A stretch of DNA of 64,000 nt from Candidatus Levyibacteriota bacterium (GTDB taxonomy: Bacteria > Patescibacteriota > Microgenomatia > Levybacterales > UBA12049), in the NCBI GenBank assembly GCA_963790825.1, contig CAWBPM010000004.1:158987-222986 (forward strand). Direction: 5' to 3'. A model generated the notes under the pieces. The model ran no database searches, was not told where the DNA came from, and worked only from the letters and a program-made list of their open reading frames with translations. The stretch's first letter is position 1, and every line of letters starts with the position of its first letter. The position numbers and the translations under genes are program-made. This document shows positions 46,839 to 58,212 of the stretch, in pieces.

Positions 46839-49712
46839 ATGGCAGCTAAAGAACATCTGCAAAAAATCCATACGGTTCGAGTAAGAAGCATAAGAGAAGA
46901 TCCGAAAGGAAAAGGCGTTTTACAAGTAGCACGGGAAACACTTGGTGTGTTGGGACTAACTGGTGTTGAGACAGCTGATGTCTATCGGTTGGGAGGAGCA
47001 AATAAAAAAGGGGCTCACGTTCTGGCAGAAAGATTATTAACTGACCCAGTTACTCAAGAATTTACGCTTGACGAGCGTCCTCCATCCAAAGGGGGAGACA
47101 GTGCAAACCCTATATTGGTAATCGAAATTGGTAAAAATCCCGGCGTGATGGATGAAGCTGCAGGATCAGTAAAAAAAGCAGGAAGAGATTTAGGGATAAA
47201 TTTGGCAGAAGTAGCTACGAGTACGCAGTATCACTTGAAAGGACAAATTAGTCCGTCGGACGTAGAAAAAATTGTTAGAGAATGGGCAAATCCGACTGTG
47301 GAAAGAGAAATTACCAAGGAGCCGGAAACTTTACGAATTTCAGGCAAGCCAGGAGAAACGAGAACTGTCCCGATACTAAACGCAACACCTGAAGATTTGG
47401 AAGCATTGTCAAAAGATAAATTATTTCTTAACGCGCAGGAAATGCAGGTAATCCAAGACTACTTCAAAGGACTTGGAAGAAATCCGACAGATATAGAACT
47501 TGAAATCATTGCTGCCAGATGGAGCGAACACTGCGGACATAAGACATTTAACGCGAGATTAATTGTAGACGGCGTTGAGAAACCACCATTATTTAAAAGG
47601 ATAAAAGACACTGCCAGAAAACATTTCCGCGATCTAGTTAGATCTGCTTTTGAAGACAACTCCGGGGTCATACAATTTGGAGAGGATGAAAAAGGCGAGA
47701 TGCAAAATGTCTGCGGAAAGGTAGAAACGCATAACAGTCCGTCAGCTGTTGAGCCATATGGCGGTGCCGGAACAGGAACCGGTGGGGTAATCCGAGATAT
47801 CTTAGGTACTGGACTGGGCGGGAAAATTATTGCATCAACTGACATATTTTGTTTTGCAGATCCAGATCTGGATTCTAAAAAATTACCTTTGGGAACACTA
47901 AATCCGAAATATTTATATAGAAGAGTAATACAAGGTGTTAGAGATTATGGTAACAGAATGGGAATCCCCACCAATAATGGTTCTGTTCATTTTCATGAAG
48001 ATTTTCGAGCCAAACCCTCAGTGATTGTTGGAAGTTACGGTATTATTCCTGATGAAAGAAGTGAAAAAGGGCAAGCAGAAGTAAATGATTTGGTTGTCGT
48101 TATTGGCGGACGGACAGGAAGAGACGGAATCCACGGCGCGACCTTCTCCTCAGGCGAGATGACTGACAGGACAATAAATGTTAATTCTTCAGCAGTTCAA
48201 ATCGGCAACGCGATTGAGGAAAAACGAATGGTGGACGCGGTTTTGGAAGCCAGAGATAAAAATTTAATCCGGGCAATTACTGATTGCGGCGCAGCAGGAT
48301 TATCATCTGCAATTGGGGAAATGGGGGAGGGAACCGGCGTAACAGTGGATATTGCCAAGGCGCCGCTGAAATATCAGGGAATGGCTCCCTGGGAAATTTG
48401 GCTGTCAGAATCCCAGGAAAGAATGGCGCTGGCAGTTGATCCGAAGAAAATTAAAAAGCTTTTGTCAATTTGTCGCAAACACAGCGTCGAAGCTACAGTG
48501 CTGGGTACATTTGACGGAAGCAACCGGTTGACTGTAAAGTATGGAGACCAAACAGTTGCAGATTTGGATTATAAATTTTTGAAAAATTTGCCACAACGAA
48601 CCATGCTTGCCCACTATGAGAAAGAAGTACGAGAAGAGCCGGAGTTAGAAATTCCGACTGACTGGGTTGATACATTAAAAAGAGTAATGTCGCATGGAAA
48701 TGTTGCATCGAAGGAGCCGATCGTCCGTCAATATGATCACAGTGTTCAAGGAACGAGCGTCATGCCGCCTTTTGGCGGAGTAAAGTATGACGGACCGAAT
48801 GACGCGGTAGTAATAAGGCCGATTCGCCGTAAACCATACGGAATGGTCATTGCTCATGGTATGAATCCGGTCCTGAATAAAATTGATCCATACTGGGGAA
48901 GCGTTTGGGCCTGTGCCGAAGCAGCGAGTAATTACATAGCTGCCGGTGGAGATCCGGATCATGCAGCGTTTATCAATAACTGGATTTGGCCGTTCCCAAC
49001 AGAAGAACAAATGGGAGCTCTCGATAAATCGGTAGACGCGGTTTGCGACTCAATGAATGCTTTAGAGATCCCGGTTGTTTCAGGCAAAGACAGTTTGTCT
49101 TCGACCTACAGGGGAAAAGATGGAGAAGTGATCGAAATTCCACCTGCTTTATGTATGTCGGTATTTGGTAAAGTTGACGATATTCAGCAGACTGTAACGA
49201 CAGATATTAAAAAGCCCGGATCGAGTGTATATTTGGTTGGTGCGATGGACGAAAACTTAGGCGGATCAACCTATTATGACATCAATGGAACCCTGGGAAA
49301 TGAAGTGCCAAAAGTTGACCTGGAAATTTTGCCGAAAACACTTCGCGGAGTACATCGCGCTATTCAAAGCGGAGACGTATTATCCTGCCATGATGTAAGC
49401 GAAGGAGGGGTTATCGCGACTGTTTCTGAAATGGCATTCGGCGGAGATTGCGGAGTTAAATTACAACTGGATGAACAGATAGAGAGACCGGACATGTTCT
49501 TATTTAATGAAACTGCCGGGACATTTGTCATCGAAGTTTCAGACGCGGAGACAGCAGAGAGATTGTTTAAAAATTTGCCGCATATGGCGCTTGGGAAAAC
49601 AACTCAGGACAAAACTATTGGCGTAAAAGTTGGCGAAAAAGAATTGTTTAGTGTTCAAACAGACGAATTAAAAAAGGCTTGGCAGAAACCGATGAGAAAA
49701 ATATTTCCTTAA
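46839..49712 (+). CDS. purL: phosphoribosylformylglycinamidine synthase PurL with N-terminal PurS-like extension
   Basis: 957 aa; AIR-synthase-related repeats (HCGHKTF, GGKDSLS); ~170 aa N-terminal PurS-like region. Confidence 0.8.
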   Translation: MAAKEHLQKIHTVRVRSIREDPKGKGVLQVARETLGVLGLTGVETADVYRLGGANKKGAHVLAERLLTDPVTQEFTLDERPPSKGGDSANPILVIEIGKNPGVMDEAAGSVKKAGRDLGINLAEVATSTQYHLKGQISPSDVEKIVREWANPTVEREITKEPETLRISGKPGETRTVPILNATPEDLEALSKDKLFLNAQEMQVIQDYFKGLGRNPTDIELEIIAARWSEHCGHKTFNARLIVDGVEKPPLFKRIKDTARKHFRDLVRSAFEDNSGVIQFGEDEKGEMQNVCGKVETHNSPSAVEPYGGAGTGTGGVIRDILGTGLGGKIIASTDIFCFADPDLDSKKLPLGTLNPKYLYRRVIQGVRDYGNRMGIPTNNGSVHFHEDFRAKPSVIVGSYGIIPDERSEKGQAEVNDLVVVIGGRTGRDGIHGATFSSGEMTDRTINVNSSAVQIGNAIEEKRMVDAVLEARDKNLIRAITDCGAAGLSSAIGEMGEGTGVTVDIAKAPLKYQGMAPWEIWLSESQERMALAVDPKKIKKLLSICRKHSVEATVLGTFDGSNRLTVKYGDQTVADLDYKFLKNLPQRTMLAHYEKEVREEPELEIPTDWVDTLKRVMSHGNVASKEPIVRQYDHSVQGTSVMPPFGGVKYDGPNDAVVIRPIRRKPYGMVIAHGMNPVLNKIDPYWGSVWACAEAASNYIAAGGDPDHAAFINNWIWPFPTEEQMGALDKSVDAVCDSMNALEIPVVSGKDSLSSTYRGKDGEVIEIPPALCMSVFGKVDDIQQTVTTDIKKPGSSVYLVGAMDENLGGSTYYDINGTLGNEVPKVDLEILPKTLRGVHRAIQSGDVLSCHDVSEGGVIATVSEMAFGGDCGVKLQLDEQIERPDMFLFNETAGTFVIEVSDAETAERLFKNLPHMALGKTTQDKTIGVKVGEKELFSVQTDELKKAWQKPMRKIFP

Positions 49713-49715
49713 TTT

Positions 49716-50507
49716 ATGGTAGAGCACGGAGCAAAAGTTTGTATTATAAAAGCACCTGGCATAAATTGTGACGAAGAAACACAGTGGGCATTTCAACTTG
49801 CCGGCGGCAATGCGGAAATCGTTCATGTGAATGAACTTCGTGACGGGAGAAGAAAAAAGCAGAAATTGCCGAATTATCAAATCCTGGCAATTCCCGGCGG
49901 GTTTTCTTACGGCGACGATGTCGCATCAGGTAAAATTTTGGCATCTGAAATGAAAACCCATTTGAAAGATCAAGTAGCCGAGTTTCTAGAAAAAGATGGA
50001 TTGGTTTTGGGTATTTGCAACGGATTTCAAGTGTTGGTAAAAAATGGTTTATTACCGTCAGGAACAATGGATGGAGAGCAAACAGTTACGTTAACGAATA
50101 ATGATTCTGGACATCTTGAATGCAGACCAATCAATTTAAGATTCGAAGAAACTCACAGGTGTGAATTCTTGCAAGGTTTGGAGGGAGTTGTTACCTATCC
50201 CGTTGCCCATGGTGAGGGAAAGTTTTACGCCGATGATACACAGTTGGACGAAATAGAAAAACAAGGCCTGGTTGTTTTCCGCTACGTAAACGGACAGGGA
50301 AATCCGACGCAGATTTATCCGGAGAATCCGAACGGCTCTTTCCGTGCCATTGCCGGAATGACTGATCGGACAGGCAGAATTTTAGGACTTATGCCGCATC
50401 CGGAGCGGGCAGTTGATAGGACACAGTATGTCAATTGGGGAAGAAATTCTACTCTTCAGCCGCAAGGCCTGATAATTTTTGAACGAATAGTAAAATACAC
50501 CAAGTAA
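49716..50507 (+). CDS. purQ: phosphoribosylformylglycinamidine synthase glutaminase subunit
   Basis: KVCIIKAPGINCDEE, GICNGFQVL, MPHPER class-I GATase motifs. Confidence 0.85.
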   Translation: MVEHGAKVCIIKAPGINCDEETQWAFQLAGGNAEIVHVNELRDGRRKKQKLPNYQILAIPGGFSYGDDVASGKILASEMKTHLKDQVAEFLEKDGLVLGICNGFQVLVKNGLLPSGTMDGEQTVTLTNNDSGHLECRPINLRFEETHRCEFLQGLEGVVTYPVAHGEGKFYADDTQLDEIEKQGLVVFRYVNGQGNPTQIYPENPNGSFRAIAGMTDRTGRILGLMPHPERAVDRTQYVNWGRNSTLQPQGLIIFERIVKYTK

Positions 50508-50520
50508 ATATAATTCTTTT

Positions 50521-51648
50521 ATGAATAAAGAACGCAAGTCGATTTCTGATACATCAGCCGGAGTGAATTACGGCTTGATGAATCCATTCAAAATTGAAGC
50601 ACAGCACAGGAGCAGAGAAACATCTTCTAATTTGGCAGTTTACGGAATGGTAGAAGACGGAGAAAGTAGGGGAGAATCAGCTTATGTGGTGATAGATTTA
50701 GTTAATAATTGTGGTTGGGCGAAGACAAATGAAGGATTGGGCACAAAAAATTTTGTTGCTGATGATGCCAGACAAATTACCGGCAGATCTCATTATGATA
50801 CGATTGCCCAGGATACAGTCGCAGCAATTATTAATGATCTAATTACAAGTGGAGCAGCCCCTCTTATAATTAGTTCACATATCGAAGTTGGAGATTCGCA
50901 ATGGTTTAGGGATAAGCAAAGAACAAAAGATTTTTGGGACGGATGGATCAAGGCGTGTCAAAAATGTGGGGTCACTGCAGGAGGAGGAGAAACGGCTGAG
51001 CTACATGATTTATTATTGCCGAATGCAGTTAGTTTTTCTGGTTCTGCAGACGGGATAATAAAACCTTTAGAGCGAAAGTGCTCAGGTAGAAAAATTAAAC
51101 CGGACGATGCTATATTTTTGCTTGAAAGTAACGGTATACACGCAAATGGCTTATCTGTCGCACGGGCACTTGCCAGAAATCTTCCTGATGGCTACGCGAC
51201 AAAGCTTCCCGATGGTAAAAACTACGCAGAATCTCTGCTTACCCCAAGTCATTTATACTCTCCAGTTGTTCAAGATTTATTTACTGAGGGAATAGACATG
51301 CATTATATGGTTAATATAACTGGTCATGGATGGAGAAAAATTATGCGCGCCAAAACTGATAATGATTTCTCTTATATTATTGAAAGTGTTCCTAAGCCTC
51401 AGACAGTATTTAATTTCCTTCAAGAGAAATTAGATTTTAGCGATGAAGAGATGTATGGCGTTTTTAATATGGGAGCGGGATTTGCCATACTTATGCCTGA
51501 AAAAGACGTAGAATTGGCTCAGAAAATTGCATTAGAAAAACATGGACTTCAAGCAGGAAAAGCAGGATATGTTGAAAACGGTCCGAAGCAGGTAGTTATT
51601 AAACCGAAGAATATTATATTTACCGGCGAAAGTTTAAGAGTGCGTTAA
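50521..51648 (+). CDS. purM: phosphoribosylformylglycinamidine cyclo-ligase (AIR synthase)-like
   Basis: PurM/AIRS fold pattern (..GLGTK...NDL...GA.PL ; GGETAE ; NGLS ; ITGHGW). Confidence 0.7.
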   Translation: MNKERKSISDTSAGVNYGLMNPFKIEAQHRSRETSSNLAVYGMVEDGESRGESAYVVIDLVNNCGWAKTNEGLGTKNFVADDARQITGRSHYDTIAQDTVAAIINDLITSGAAPLIISSHIEVGDSQWFRDKQRTKDFWDGWIKACQKCGVTAGGGETAELHDLLLPNAVSFSGSADGIIKPLERKCSGRKIKPDDAIFLLESNGIHANGLSVARALARNLPDGYATKLPDGKNYAESLLTPSHLYSPVVQDLFTEGIDMHYMVNITGHGWRKIMRAKTDNDFSYIIESVPKPQTVFNFLQEKLDFSDEEMYGVFNMGAGFAILMPEKDVELAQKIALEKHGLQAGKAGYVENGPKQVVIKPKNIIFTGESLRVR

Positions 51649-51657
51649 CTTATATGG

Positions 51658-52671
51658 TTGATGCGTATTGATAAAACAAAAATAATATGTAACACTGAGA
51701 ATATGGATGCAACTCAACAATCATCTGCAGCTCCCGCTACTCCATCTCCTCTCATGAAACCGCAAAGTAGTTTTCGCCAAGGTTGGATCATGTTTAAAAG
51801 TTCGTTGCTTTTCTTATTTCGAAGACCCTCCTTTTTAGTTCCTCTTTTTGCTGCCTGGATCGTTTTTGCTGCTATTACTCTTTATCTTCGCTACTTGTGG
51901 ACTGCGCCGCAAAACGCAGGGCTTGGGATATTTATGATATTTCTTTTTGTTTTTGTTCTCTCATATACTATTTGTCTGGCCAATCTAACCTTACTTGAAC
52001 TTATTAAGCAGGTAGAAGATAACAAGACTGTCTCTTTTGTCTCTGCATTCGGAAGAGTGCTCTCATTTGATTCGATAAAAGTAATTCCGCTTGCTGTTTT
52101 CTTTGCAATTGTCTGGTTTCTTATTCTTGTACTGAAAGCTCTAACGAGTAAGAGAAATAATTCTCGTGCAGAGCCGTCAATAAAAGACGCTGCCCTAACA
52201 CTTGGAGGAATAAGTAGTAGTCCTTTCAGTTGGCTCGGTCTAGGGCTTGATATGTTTGAAAAACTGCTGAGAATGACCATTTTTCTCGCACTTCCTGCAA
52301 TTTGCTGGGAAGGAGAGAATTCTTTCTCTGCTTTCCGTGAGGCAGTCGAAATTATAAAAAAACACCCGGTGCAATTTCTGACTGAGTATGCATTAACCGG
52401 TACGGCTGCAATTATCATGGCAATTCCTTTAGTTGGTATAGGAATACTCAGTAATGCAAATATTGCTATATCAGATACTGTATGGCTTGGTGTTATTATC
52501 TACGAAGGCATTACTTGGACACTAAATGTTTACCTGGAGCAAATGTCTGTTTCCCTGCTTTACCTTTGGCATTTGAAATGGAAAAACAGCGGGGCGGCTG
52601 GAGACCTGTCCGTATTTACGAAACCTGATTTACTAGCAGACTTTCACGAGCTAAAAAGTACGCAAGTATAG
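51658..52671 (+). CDS. integral membrane protein, hypothetical
   Basis: Multiple TM segments; no motif recognised. Confidence 0.45.
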   Translation: MMRIDKTKIICNTENMDATQQSSAAPATPSPLMKPQSSFRQGWIMFKSSLLFLFRRPSFLVPLFAAWIVFAAITLYLRYLWTAPQNAGLGIFMIFLFVFVLSYTICLANLTLLELIKQVEDNKTVSFVSAFGRVLSFDSIKVIPLAVFFAIVWFLILVLKALTSKRNNSRAEPSIKDAALTLGGISSSPFSWLGLGLDMFEKLLRMTIFLALPAICWEGENSFSAFREAVEIIKKHPVQFLTEYALTGTAAIIMAIPLVGIGILSNANIAISDTVWLGVIIYEGITWTLNVYLEQMSVSLLYLWHLKWKNSGAAGDLSVFTKPDLLADFHELKSTQV

Positions 52672-53020
52672 ATCCTCGAAATAATATTAAAAAACCGAAC
52701 TCGATTTTTTCTCAGAGAACCCTCATAATCACTTCAATGACTATTTAAATTCTTGAATAGATGTATTTGATGATCGGAAAGAATTGGGAGTCGATTAAAG
52801 TCTATAAGTGTTAGGATATAAAAAAAACGGGAAGCATAGAAAATTACTATTTACAAGCTGATTTCGTAGAATTGAGTAAATTTATTCAACAATAAAATTT
52901 GTGGGGAAATTTGCTTATTTATGACCGCTTATACTAACTAATCTGTAATCCTACTGCAAATGAATAAATCCCTTAATCTATTTTTGTTAGAATTAACCTT
53001 ATTTCTTACTACTTCTCGTT

Positions 53021-54709
53021 GTGTATAATAAACTGGTGTATATACATAAATATCGTTACCTACTGTTTATAGGTTTTATTACTTTATTATTTTTAATTCG
53101 GATCATTTTGTTTGTCGGATCATATGGCGGAGTAGAACATGACAGCGGTTGGTTTTTAGGGGTAGCAAAAAATCTGGCACTTCGTGGTATTTATGCATCT
53201 TACACCAACACCATTATCAAGGAAGGAGTCGGCGCATTTCCGAGTATTCATGACAGATATTCCGTACAAGACGCGAAGGGATTTGTCTATTTCCCGGCCG
53301 CGGTAACTGTCGGACCGGGATACATAATACCTGAAGCGTTAATAATAAAACTGTTTGGAAGCGGTTGGTGGCAATATAGGGCGTGGCCCCTTATCGCCTT
53401 TACGCTTATGCTTTTCTTAGCACTGTTTGTTGTTTGGCGAATCGGCGGAATACTGGCATTACTGTTTTTTACTTGTTGGTTATGGGTAATTCCTCAATTT
53501 ACGACGCAGTTTGCTTACGAAGCATTTTCAGAAGACATAGCATTTTTGTTTTTGCTGGCAGGATTTTTCTTGCTTTTTTTATCGGAAGGAAGCAAGCGAA
53601 GTATTCTGTTATCTTTTTTGGCAGGTATCTGTATGTCTTTTTCCTATTTGACGAAAACACTTTTCCTTTTACCGATAATGGGATTTGTCGTTTTTACCCA
53701 ATGGGATTTTTTCAATTTTAGAGAGAATAGGAAATATTGGCTGAAAAAATGGGTAGTTTTTGTAGTAGGTGCGATAATTCCAATTGCCCTTTTTTTTGTC
53801 TACGAGTACACCTATGTCCTATCTCATTTTGGTATGCAAGGATGGAATGCGGTTCAGGAAGATTCCCGGTTGGTTTTCGTTCAGTTAGGCAGTGGAATAG
53901 ATTTTTTTAATGTTTTCTTTTCTCAAAATATTGATTTTATGTACAAAAAGTATCTTATATGGATGGACGTCGGGAGTAATTTACCGATAATTTGCTGGAT
54001 TGCATTTTTGCTTTCCCCGCTGGTTTTTTTATACTATCTTAAGAAAAGAGAAAAGGTGCTCAGCCTTGCTTTATATATCGCTTCTTTTCTTTCATTTCTT
54101 TGGTATATGTTTCTCTCGACTGACGGATGGGGAAGGCATATCTGGCAGGGACTAATGATAGGTATGATGCTCATGTCTATTAGCATAGGACTAATCTATA
54201 AGCATTATCATTTCAAGAATAAACAACTGTTCTTAATAATATTAGGTTTAGTATGTCTCATATTTACCAACTATTCTGTGTTGTCTTTCACACTGGTTCT
54301 TCCTGCGTCTACGATTAAGACATGGGCAACAGTGCGATCAGTTAGGGGACTAGATGGTTTCCCCAGTCTTTCCCTGCCTTCCCTTGCGGACCAAAAGCAG
54401 CTGGTAAATTACTTTAGCGATTACATTAAACCAAACGACAGGATCTATTATCTAACTAAATATCTAAACGCGGAAGTTTCTCCTCTGGTTGATAAAGTAT
54501 TTTATCCATTAATGCGATTTGCCAGTCTCAATCAGACAAATCCATTTGGAGGAAAGTCGTATTTGATTATTGGACCCTACCAGCAAGGGTTATGGTCGCT
54601 GGAGCCGGTTGGTTACGTGCCTTACATGAAAAAATTCTTGTGTAAAAAAGTTGTCCTACAAAACCCGTCTTATTTGCTTTGTACACTAAAACATTTCGCA
54701 GTTAAATAA
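53021..54709 (+). CDS. polytopic membrane protein, possibly ArnT/PMT-like (GT-C) glycosyltransferase
   Basis: 12 or more TM helices with a periplasmic C-terminal domain; the family assignment is a guess. Confidence 0.45.
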   Translation: MYNKLVYIHKYRYLLFIGFITLLFLIRIILFVGSYGGVEHDSGWFLGVAKNLALRGIYASYTNTIIKEGVGAFPSIHDRYSVQDAKGFVYFPAAVTVGPGYIIPEALIIKLFGSGWWQYRAWPLIAFTLMLFLALFVVWRIGGILALLFFTCWLWVIPQFTTQFAYEAFSEDIAFLFLLAGFFLLFLSEGSKRSILLSFLAGICMSFSYLTKTLFLLPIMGFVVFTQWDFFNFRENRKYWLKKWVVFVVGAIIPIALFFVYEYTYVLSHFGMQGWNAVQEDSRLVFVQLGSGIDFFNVFFSQNIDFMYKKYLIWMDVGSNLPIICWIAFLLSPLVFLYYLKKREKVLSLALYIASFLSFLWYMFLSTDGWGRHIWQGLMIGMMLMSISIGLIYKHYHFKNKQLFLIILGLVCLIFTNYSVLSFTLVLPASTIKTWATVRSVRGLDGFPSLSLPSLADQKQLVNYFSDYIKPNDRIYYLTKYLNAEVSPLVDKVFYPLMRFASLNQTNPFGGKSYLIIGPYQQGLWSLEPVGYVPYMKKFLCKKVVLQNPSYLLCTLKHFAVK

Positions 54710-54965
54710 ATGACAACCTGTCTTTGTAAATAATATTATTATTGTTTTCCATTTGGGAGAAATATACGGGAAATCGAAATACGGGAAGGCAAGAATTTAA
54801 TAATGTCCTGGTCACTTGGATAATTATGATGCTTGCAACACTTTTTTGTGTCGGCATTATGCAGACTTTTTTTGTAAAGAAAAAGTCAGATTAGTAACCC
54901 CAAAGCCCTACTTACACATTGTCGGTTTTATTGACAAGCACGGTGAGGTTGTATAAGATACAACT

Positions 54966-55502
54966 ATGCAGGACGATACAAATAAACCTACGGACACCCC
55001 GACGCAAGTACCCGCATCGAGTCTCCCGCCCGAAGCGGAGGAGAAAGAAGTGATGGGCGAAGTGCAGTCTTTAGAAAACGAAGAAAAAGCTGAAGTAAAA
55101 GAAGATCTGACAAAAGCAGAAAATACACTGCAATCTGAGAAAGAAGAAACAGGCGGGGAGGAAGAAAAACCGACTGAAGATCCGGGTATACAAATGCAGC
55201 GAATTAAAAATCTGCAAAATCTTATGCTGGATCAAGTAAGCATGTTGACTGACACGCTTGGAAATAAAGGCGTTGACGAATTAATCCTCATGCATGAAGA
55301 TATTAGTCAAATTGTTTCGACTGCAGGCATTGAGGATAAAGTCTTGTTTGAGAAATACTTGTATGCGGCTCAGCAAGCTATATCGGCACTTGCAACTAAT
55401 CTAAGCCAGTTAACTCCGGAAAACAAAACAAAAATTGCCGAGTCAGAATTATTGTTGGGAAGCGAAATCGGAAAAACAGTAAAAACAGTTAGTGAGACGT
55501 AA
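54966..55502 (+). CDS. acidic hypothetical protein
   Basis: Glu/Lys-rich 178-aa ORF. Confidence 0.35.
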   Translation: MQDDTNKPTDTPTQVPASSLPPEAEEKEVMGEVQSLENEEKAEVKEDLTKAENTLQSEKEETGGEEEKPTEDPGIQMQRIKNLQNLMLDQVSMLTDTLGNKGVDELILMHEDISQIVSTAGIEDKVLFEKYLYAAQQAISALATNLSQLTPENKTKIAESELLLGSEIGKTVKTVSET

Positions 55503-56105
55503 GGAAAATAACCCTTTTCATTTCTATAAGTTTATTCCTGCGAATAATATTCACCCTTGACGTTTTACCTCTTTCTTCTATAATGCCGTTATGAGAAGTG
55601 AAGTAGAGACGTTTTTTGATAAAAGTTTTTCTATGCCCGAGCAAATAGTTATAACTAGAGGAAAAATAGGACTGGGTGGCCCGATTGAATATCTGAAGCA
55701 ATTAGTAAAGAAATACGAATATAATCCTAGAGTATCTATGGGCGATGTGATAAAAAGCGAAGCGGGATTTTTAAAATCTTCTCCAAATTAACAAAAAGAC
55801 ACACCCATATTATTTAATTATTTTTAAAGCGGCAGCTACTTCAGCCGGAGTAGCATTTCTCTTTCCAAACGGATCAACAGGAGGAGTAGTGTGGTTTTGA
55901 TAGATATCAAGCAAGGGATTCCCGCTTCCTTTATAAATTTTTCGTAAAGATTGTAGGTCAACAGGTCGAGGAGTTTCGGGTGTATACTGACTTTCTTTAT
56001 GATATGAATGGTCCCGTCTTTCCATCTATCTCAACTATATAACGTAGTACTATATTCGTCAAGCAATAAAATTAATTCCTCAAAATAATTGTATAAAAGT
56101 TAAGC

Positions 56106-57131
56106 TTAAATGTCTAAAATATCTTCCCGATTTGAAATAAGTTGACCCCACCGTAACTTTTTTGCGAACGTATACTGCTTTTTCTGCCGTTTTAATATTT
56201 TCAGATGGAGAATATGATCGCGGGTTAGAACAGGAACTTCCAAATAACCCTTATGTAATCGTACCTGCCCAGCGCACCTTCCCCAAGGAGAAGATTTGGG
56301 AAGTATTCCTCCAATTATTACATAGCTATATTTGGTCTCCTCCCAATCCGATGCCATACGGGAGCTATTTCGTAGATGCTGTCTTACTCGTCTTGTAAAC
56401 TCGGGACGGATAAAACGTTTTGAGAAATGTAGCCAGTAGTCATCATCTGAAACATAGGAATTGTCTATGTATGGAGCAAGAAGCGATGCGTTCCCTGAGA
56501 AATTTTTTGCAACTTTCTGGATAATAGCACTGCCTGTTGGTGTCCCGGGTTCTATAATAACCATAATCCCCTTACACCTTTTAAAAGCACTTCCTATTAC
56601 CTTATCCCTTTGTTTAGCACTAAGTTCACTAAGAACATTCACGATAAGAACAATATCATATGTCTCCGTGCTACTTTTGAGTCCTCGAAGTAATTTATCT
56701 TGCTGCCAGGAAGTCGGTATTGAAAGGCCGGACGCTGCGATAATGCGCCTTCCAAGCAATAAAAAATTCTTGTCTTGATCTATGCAGGTTACACTTTGGA
56801 GATTTGGAAAAACGTTTGTCGTAGCCCAAATCCCCACTCCCGGTCCACTGCCAACATCTAATAATGTTTTCGGTTTCCATCCGGGCAAAACTTCAACCAG
56901 TGATGATAATACACTTTGCGTTTGTACGTAGGTAGCCGGAGCCCGAAGGGCGAGATAGGCGAGTGCGTCTAAGTGATCATAAATAAAAGGACTTTTTTCC
57001 TGAGTTTCTCCCATATACCGAAGATGCAATTGATTTACTCTTTGTAACCACTCGCGAGAGTTTTCTTCAGTAAGTATTTCGGAAATTGCCCGTTCTATCT
57101 TTGGAGGGAAAGCAAGAAGCGTTTCAGACAT
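56106..57131 (-). CDS. class I SAM-dependent methyltransferase (Rsm22-like)
   Basis: LLDVGSGPGVG motif I; DIVLIVNVLSE. Confidence 0.55.
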   Translation of the reverse strand: MSETLLAFPPKIERAISEILTEENSREWLQRVNQLHLRYMGETQEKSPFIYDHLDALAYLALRAPATYVQTQSVLSSLVEVLPGWKPKTLLDVGSGPGVGIWATTNVFPNLQSVTCIDQDKNFLLLGRRIIAASGLSIPTSWQQDKLLRGLKSSTETYDIVLIVNVLSELSAKQRDKVIGSAFKRCKGIMVIIEPGTPTGSAIIQKVAKNFSGNASLLAPYIDNSYVSDDDYWLHFSKRFIRPEFTRRVRQHLRNSSRMASDWEETKYSYVIIGGILPKSSPWGRCAGQVRLHKGYLEVPVLTRDHILHLKILKRQKKQYTFAKKLRWGQLISNREDILDI

Positions 57132-57171
57132 GCCTCGAGTATACTACAATAATCCCAGTAGGGAAAGAAAA

Positions 57172-57420
57172 TCATGAAGCAGATAATATCTCAATGACCA
57201 TTGCCAGTAGGACAGCTATAATTGTAACAAATGGCCAGAGTCTGGTAATTGTTATTAATCTATGTAAATAAAGCGGCGGATCAATGCCGATTTCTTTGCT
57301 GGAGTGATTTGTCTTAGAGAGAAACAGCCAATTATACCCGCTTAAAAAGAGCGCAATAAATAAGTAAATACAATAAAGTGACAATTTAAAAATATGAGAG
57401 AAAAACAAATTATAAATCAT
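57172..57420 (-). CDS. small membrane protein, hypothetical
   Basis: Two TM helices; 4-nt overlap with the upstream gene. Confidence 0.3.
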   Translation of the reverse strand: MIYNLFFSHIFKLSLYCIYLFIALFLSGYNWLFLSKTNHSSKEIGIDPPLYLHRLITITRLWPFVTIIAVLLAMVIEILSAS

Positions 57421-58037
57421 GGAAACACCCCCTCTTCTATATAAGTAAAATTATCAGATTTGGCTTTATTTTTATACCACAGAGGCAAGGTGGGCATCGG
57501 TTGTTTCTGTAAAATGAGTTGTTGTGTTAAATATGCGCTGAGAGATTTACATCCAGAAACATTTTTAATTACAAATTCTTTCTGATGCGTGGGCCTATCA
57601 AATGTCAGAACGACGTCTCCCATGTCGACCAGTTCATTGATAATCCCTCCGATACGCCAATCAATCTCGGTACACTTTACCTGGTCAAGTAAAATATCAT
57701 TAATCACATGCGAAGAAAGAGGAATATAGAATACTTCCAAAATTCTCTCGCTTGTTAAAATATAGATATGAAAATACCAATCAATAATGATCCCAGTAGT
57801 GATACTTAGTATAATTAGAGATAAAGTCATACAAGATGCAAGACTGATCCAGAACGTTAGAGGGTTGGTAAGAAAAAAAACAAGAAAATAGCCAAGTATT
57901 GCCAAAGTCAAAAGGGAAATAAGAAAAAGAGGAGGAACAAGGACAAATAAACTACTCCGTTTTACCAATAATATTTTCTCATTTGGCAAAGATAAAAAAC
58001 TTTGCCAATTTCCTTTCTCAACCATAGAAGGATCCAT
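57417..58037 (-). CDS. membrane protein with bacterial PH (bPH_2/YdbS-like) domain
   Basis: Two TM helices then ILTSERILEVFY...GDVVLTF pattern. Confidence 0.4.
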   Translation of the reverse strand: MDPSMVEKGNWQSFLSLPNEKILLVKRSSLFVLVPPLFLISLLTLAILGYFLVFFLTNPLTFWISLASCMTLSLIILSITTGIIIDWYFHIYILTSERILEVFYIPLSSHVINDILLDQVKCTEIDWRIGGIINELVDMGDVVLTFDRPTHQKEFVIKNVSGCKSLSAYLTQQLILQKQPMPTLPLWYKNKAKSDNFTYIEEGVFP

Positions 58038-58212
58038 AGGAAATCTCCTTCTATCAAGGTAATATATAAGACTTTATATATTACAACGATACATTTATCA
58101 CCCTTTTATTATTGATCAGTAATATTTGAAATTTGTATGAAGTGGGTAACAAAAGAATAAGAATAAGCTATGGAAGTGAGCTTTATTTACTACCGGATAA
58201 TAGTTATCAAGG

